A stretch of DNA of 64,000 nt from Microcoleus sp. (GTDB lineage Bacteria > Cyanobacteriota > Cyanobacteriia > Cyanobacteriales > Microcoleaceae). The DNA is taken from positions 3,232,001 to 3,296,000 of the forward strand of contig CP181291.1 of NCBI GenBank assembly GCA_052279835.1, read 5' to 3'. The position numbers were made by a program, and so were the translations under genes. The notes under the pieces are model-generated. The model saw only the letters and a list, made by a program, of their open reading frames with translations, was not told where the DNA came from and made no database searches. Below are positions 60,151-64,000 of this stretch, piece by piece. Each line of letters starts with the position of its first letter. The stretch's first letter is position 1.

Positions 60151-60768
60151 ATGCGAATTTTTAATCAGTCTCCTCCTTCTGAAACAGAAACCAAGAAACG
60201 GATTTTACAAGCGGCTCAACGCTTGTTTGCTCGCAGTGGATACGATGGCACCACTACTCGCGATTTAGCAGCCGCCGCGGGAGTGGCAGAGGGGACTCTG
60301 TTTCGGCATTTTGATAATAAAAAAGCAATCTTGATTGAGGTAGCGACAGAAGGATGGGTGGAATTACTGACGGATTTGTTGACGGAATTAAGCGAAATGG
60401 GCAGTTACAAAGCTGTGGCTCAGGTAATGCGGCGGCGGATGCTGAATATCCGCGAGAATAGCGACATGATGCGGGTGTGTTTTTTGGAGGCGCAATTTCA
60501 CCCAGATTTGCGGGATAGAATTCAGTTAGAAGTAATTGGCAAGATGAGTGAGGTAGCCGAGGCTTTTTTTGAAACAGCAATGGAAAAAGGAGTTTATCGG
60601 AAGATGAATCCGAAGATTGTGGCTCAGGTGTTTTTGGGGATGTTTGCAGTGGCAGGTTTTAGTCAAAATACGATTATGGAGCCTAATGCTTCTCCGCAGC
60701 AAATGCAGGAAATGGCAGAAGGACTCGCCGACATTTTTCTAAATGGGGTTTTAATTAAAGATGAGTAA
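60151..60768 (+). CDS. TetR/AcrR family transcriptional regulator
   Basis: RILQAAQRLFARSGYDGTTTRDLAAAAGVAEGTLFRHFDNK. Confidence 0.95.
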   Translation: MRIFNQSPPSETETKKRILQAAQRLFARSGYDGTTTRDLAAAAGVAEGTLFRHFDNKKAILIEVATEGWVELLTDLLTELSEMGSYKAVAQVMRRRMLNIRENSDMMRVCFLEAQFHPDLRDRIQLEVIGKMSEVAEAFFETAMEKGVYRKMNPKIVAQVFLGMFAVAGFSQNTIMEPNASPQQMQEMAEGLADIFLNGVLIKDE

Positions 60769-61131
60769 TTACTCAATAAATTCGTACATTTGTTGCACCC
60801 AATTCTCCCGGTATTCCTGCCATTCCTCCGTCACTACTTCCCAAGTTGTATTGCTTTCTAGTTCCAATAATAAACTTGAAACTTCTTCAAGAGTCGAGGC
60901 TATTTGACATTCTTTGAGCCAACTTTTCCGAAGCTTTTTCCATTGACTTTGTAGGGCTTCGGGCTGAAAATTTGATTCTAATTCAACTAGCAATTGTGCT
61001 AGTTGTTTTTCGTCAATGGCTGCTGAAACCTCGCTCACCCAATCGTCGCGAATTTGTTTCCATTCTTCCGTCACTGCTTCCCATTCAAGGTTTGCTTCAA
61101 ACTCTAACAGTAATTGGTTTAGTTCTACCAT
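60769..61131 (-). CDS. Hypothetical 120-aa protein made of three 40-aa Trp-rich repeats
   Basis: LLxExExN..W..R..W repeated three times from ATG 61131. Confidence 0.75.
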   Translation of the reverse strand: MVELNQLLLEFEANLEWEAVTEEWKQIRDDWVSEVSAAIDEKQLAQLLVELESNFQPEALQSQWKKLRKSWLKECQIASTLEEVSSLLLELESNTTWEVVTEEWQEYRENWVQQMYEFIE

Positions 61132-61203
61132 AGTCAATGTTGTATTTTTGGCAGTTTGTGTTATTTTACAACTTTTGTTTAAAAATAATGTTAAATTTTT
61201 ATA

Positions 61204-62079
61204 ATGATTAATCAATTGACTTTAGAGTGGCTAGAGACTTTAGGTGGTTGGAGTCGTGGGGAAGGGGATTGGCTAGGAGTCGCGGCGGTTATGGCTAGGG
61301 GGGAAAGGGTAGAAGTAATTCAAGAAGTGGGTTCTATGTTGTGGAAAGATTCTTTACCACAAGGACACTCATTGTCTTGGGATGGTGACAATCTTTCACT
61401 TGTCAAAGCGAGAATTTGGATTAGTTTTAGGCACAGAAGATTGTCGCCGGCATCGGCTTTGCCACAGGTGCAATGGCATCCGAAAGTATTATGGGTAGGG
61501 ATAGGTTGCACCGGGGGAACATCGAGAAAATTCATCGAAAGCGCGATTAAACAAGTATGTAGCAGTTATCATTTAGCGTCCAGTGCGATCGCCGGTATTG
61601 CGACAATAGACACGAAAGCCAATGAAGCTGGAATTATGGAACTTTGTCACGATAACAACTGGCCTTTGAAAACTTTTTCTGCTAGTGTCTTAAATTCTGT
61701 AGAAGTTCCCCATCCTTCAAATATGGTAGTGGCAAAAGTCGGGACTAAAAGTGTAGCAGAAGCCGCTGCACTTTTTGCGATCGAACTTAGATATTGTCCC
61801 ATTGTCAAAAACAGGCAAGATGCCTGTTCCACAAACAGTGAATATTGTTGTGGGGTGGGCAAGATGCCCACCCATGAAAGGCTTTTAGTTTCTAAAAAAA
61901 TATTTCGATCGGAAGAAAAAGCAGGCTCTGTAACTGTAGCAGTGGCGGTTTGCCCGATCGCACATCTAAGATCAGATGTTACAGATCCAAAGAGCGATCG
62001 GCATTCACAAATCGACCAATCAAGCCAGAAACAAAGGACAAAACAATTGAACCAAACAAAGCAGGCCAAAAACCATTAA
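61204..62079 (+). CDS. Cobalamin biosynthesis CbiG/CobE-like protein (middle and C domains only) with in-frame repeat insertion
   Basis: WHPKVLWVGIGC, IATIDTKANE, VGTKSVAEAAAL, VTVAVA. N-terminal CbiG domain absent; tail overlaps the next gene by about 100 nt. Confidence 0.78.
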   Translation: MINQLTLEWLETLGGWSRGEGDWLGVAAVMARGERVEVIQEVGSMLWKDSLPQGHSLSWDGDNLSLVKARIWISFRHRRLSPASALPQVQWHPKVLWVGIGCTGGTSRKFIESAIKQVCSSYHLASSAIAGIATIDTKANEAGIMELCHDNNWPLKTFSASVLNSVEVPHPSNMVVAKVGTKSVAEAAALFAIELRYCPIVKNRQDACSTNSEYCCGVGKMPTHERLLVSKKIFRSEEKAGSVTVAVAVCPIAHLRSDVTDPKSDRHSQIDQSSQKQRTKQLNQTKQAKNH

Positions 62080-62350
62080 CGGCAAAACCGATACTGAAGA
62101 CACTAGCCAACCACGAAGCCAAGGAAAGCGAAATCGCATTCACCACAAATAAAAACAAACCCAAAGAAAGAATGCTCAAAGGCAGAGTCAACAATGTCAG
62201 AATCGGCCGCACCACCGCATTCACAAACCCGATCGCCACGGCTGCGAGCATCGCCGCCGGAAAGCTAACTACCGCGATACCTGGTACAATTTTAGCTGTA
62301 ATCACCAGCGAAACTGCTGCTACTACCCAAGTTAATAAAAAACTTAGCAT
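61979..62350 (-). CDS. Four-TM membrane protein, YvlD/DUF360 (phage holin superfamily IV)
   Basis: VNAVVRPILTLLTLPLSILSLGLFLFVVNA, GFWPALFGSIVLS. Confidence 0.88.
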   Translation of the reverse strand: MLSFLLTWVVAAVSLVITAKIVPGIAVVSFPAAMLAAVAIGFVNAVVRPILTLLTLPLSILSLGLFLFVVNAISLSLASWLASVFSIGFAVNGFWPALFGSIVLSFVSGLIGRFVNADRSLDL

Positions 62351-62459
62351 ATCGTTTTTTTCATCTCCATCACTATTAATTGAGATTTTAACTCTTTAGT
62401 CGATCGCCCAAAGTTCGGAATACACTACCAAATATCCACCTTGCGACAACACCCAACTT

Positions 62460-62957
62460 ATGAGACTCCGGCTACTAGCTACCTTCCTATTGACACTCTG
62501 TATCTTAATCTTCCCCCTGCCGGCTTGGGGCCAATCTAAATATTATGCCCCACCCCTGTCCTTTAGCAACGCCGAACTGACAAGACGCGATTTTTCCGGT
62601 CAAGTCTTGCGGGCTGCGGAATTTTCTAATGCTAACATGGACTTGACTAATTTTTCTAAGGCCGATTTGCGGGGAGCAATTATGAGTGCTTCGGTGATGA
62701 CTCAGGCGAATTTGCATGGAGCAAATTTAACTAATGCAATGATCGATCAAGTTAAATTTACTAATGCAGATCTGAGTGATGCTATTTTAGCAGAAACTAT
62801 TTTGCTGCGTTCTACCTTTGAGGGAGTTAATATCACCGGGGCTGATTTTACTGATGCCATTATGGACGGCGCACAAATCAAAGAATTGTGCAAAATAGCT
62901 AGTGGGAGTAATTCACAAACTGGCATTGATACTCGCGATTCTTTGGGATGTCGCTGA
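62460..62957 (+). CDS. Exported pentapeptide repeat protein
   Basis: Signal peptide PAWG, pentapeptide repeats, GADFTDA..LC..TRDSLGC. Confidence 0.9.
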   Translation: MRLRLLATFLLTLCILIFPLPAWGQSKYYAPPLSFSNAELTRRDFSGQVLRAAEFSNANMDLTNFSKADLRGAIMSASVMTQANLHGANLTNAMIDQVKFTNADLSDAILAETILLRSTFEGVNITGADFTDAIMDGAQIKELCKIASGSNSQTGIDTRDSLGCR

Positions 62958-63009
62958 AGTCCTCGGAGGGCCAGCACGGCGGCACAGCCCCTACCAACAA
63001 TGAAACCAC

Positions 63010-63212
63010 CTTGGGGCGTTCTTCTTCCTTCTTCCTTCTTTTCCCCCCTTGGGGGAGGTAGGGGCGGTTCTTCTTCCTTTCCTTCTTCCTTCTTCCTTCT
63101 TTCCCCCCTTGGGGGGGGCAGGGGGGGGGTTCTTCTTCCTTCTTTTCCCCCCTTGGGGGGGCAGGGGGGGGTTCTTCTTCCTTCTTCCTTCTTCTTTCTT
63201 CCTTCTTCCTTC
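63010..63212. repeat. TTCTTCC heptamer array with C/G-run units
   Basis: Same composite as 58069-58272; preceded by a GTAG-type REP (GGGCCAGCACGGCGGCACAGCCCCTAC). Confidence 0.88.
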
Positions 63213-63217
63213 TAATT

Positions 63218-63598
63218 ATGAACACCAAAACTTCTAAATCTGGCAATTTGATGATGCGGTTGGCATTAAGTGCGATCGCCTTTTCCACTTTTTTCCTACC
63301 TCAACCAACCTTAGCTCAAGCTAGTAGCTTAACCAATCCCCAGCCCCTGCAAGACTTTCAAACTAACGACAATCCCGATCCTTTTTCCGGCGGCAATGGC
63401 GGCAGCCGAGTATTGGATTTAATTCACCGATCCAGATTGGGAAACGGCCGCAGCATGGAAGAATTTAGTAGCGAACAGCGACAAAATTTAAACGATGCGG
63501 CCGCCGAATTTCGGAACAAACAGCGGCTACTGCTGGAAAAACCAGCAGTACCTTCACCAGAGGAAACACCCACTGAAATTACCGCACCTGTTCCCTAA
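63218..63598 (+). CDS. Hypothetical exported protein
   Basis: Signal peptide TLA; DPFS..LDLIHRSRLG..NLNDAAAEFR. Confidence 0.7.
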   Translation: MNTKTSKSGNLMMRLALSAIAFSTFFLPQPTLAQASSLTNPQPLQDFQTNDNPDPFSGGNGGSRVLDLIHRSRLGNGRSMEEFSSEQRQNLNDAAAEFRNKQRLLLEKPAVPSPEETPTEITAPVP

Positions 63599-63659
63599 AT
63601 TTCCTCCTACTTTGTTAGTGCGCGCACCATCGGGACAAAAGTTTGTGTAAACGCGGTTT

Positions 63660-64000
63660 TTAACCGCCTGGATTTGCCTTGACAAACCCCCCAAATACGG
63701 CCATACCGTAATATTTCCAAGGGACTGCGATCGCCTCAAATCCCGCTTGGGCTAGCATGGCCAAATGTGTATAGAGTGTCGCTAGGCGATCGGGATGAGA
63801 ATACCCATAAGATACACTCGTCCCCACATTCCCGCGAATTTCTGCCAATTTTTCCCCCTGACTTGCAGCCCACTCTTCCCGCGCCACTTGATAAATCTTT
63901 TGCACGATCGCCGATTCTGCTAACATCGGATCGGCATTCCAAAAACAGCCATGAGGATTCAAATTTTCATAAATACGTTCAAACAATTTCAACTTCATTT
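63660..64000 (-). CDS. Class I SAM-dependent methyltransferase, C-terminal part (runs off the window)
   Basis: LNPHGCFWNAD, LAQAGF, WKYYGMAVFGG. Confidence 0.7.
   Translation of the reverse strand, partial: MKLKLFERIYENLNPHGCFWNADPMLAESAIVQKIYQVAREEWAASQGEKLAEIRGNVGTSVSYGYSHPDRLATLYTHLAMLAQAGFEAIAVPWKYYGMAVFGGFVKANPGG

Larger units (their letters stand above)
1..64000. repeat. HIP1 octamer GCGATCGC dispersed through the window
   Basis: GCGATCGC recurs in most genes (e.g. 112, 635, 1509, 5192). None was seen inside the two IS elements. Known cyanobacterial signature. Confidence 0.95.

Noticed and set aside
61979..62350. Holin-family gene as a sign of prophage
   Set aside because: YvlD/DUF360 genes are common chromosomal genes; no phage genes nearby.

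Overview
Chromosomal window from a cyanobacterium. The evidence is dense HIP1 GCGATCGC octamers, heptamer STRR arrays, bilin photoreceptors, pmgA and pentapeptide-repeat proteins; the repeat repertoire suggests a filamentous Oscillatoriales (Microcoleus/Tychonema-like) strain, which is inference. Contents: (1) two light-signalling clusters. 19-13792 has a CBS/cyanobacteriochrome hybrid kinase, a biliverdin-type bacteriophytochrome hybrid kinase, REC-GGDEF-EAL, REC-kinase and an adenylate cyclase. 44280-49945 has a three-GAF cyanobacteriochrome kinase, receivers and a GAF adenylate cyclase. (2) Housekeeping genes: queF, speD, proA, sdhB, radC, comEC, asnS, an M16 peptidase pair, tRNA-Glu and tRNA-Ser. 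(3) Two RNA-guided TnpB elements: an IS607 whose TnpB has a rearranged, Fanzor-like RuvC site and a cryptic upstream ORF, and a TnpB-only IS200/IS605 element inserted next to a 6S-RNA-like sequence. (4) Many small palindromic or MITE repeats, two of them inserted in-frame in genes. Three genes are split by single-base insertions in a shared AG-NNN-CTG context, most simply sequencing errors. No CRISPR array or prophage was found. All calls are by eye from motifs; no searches were run.
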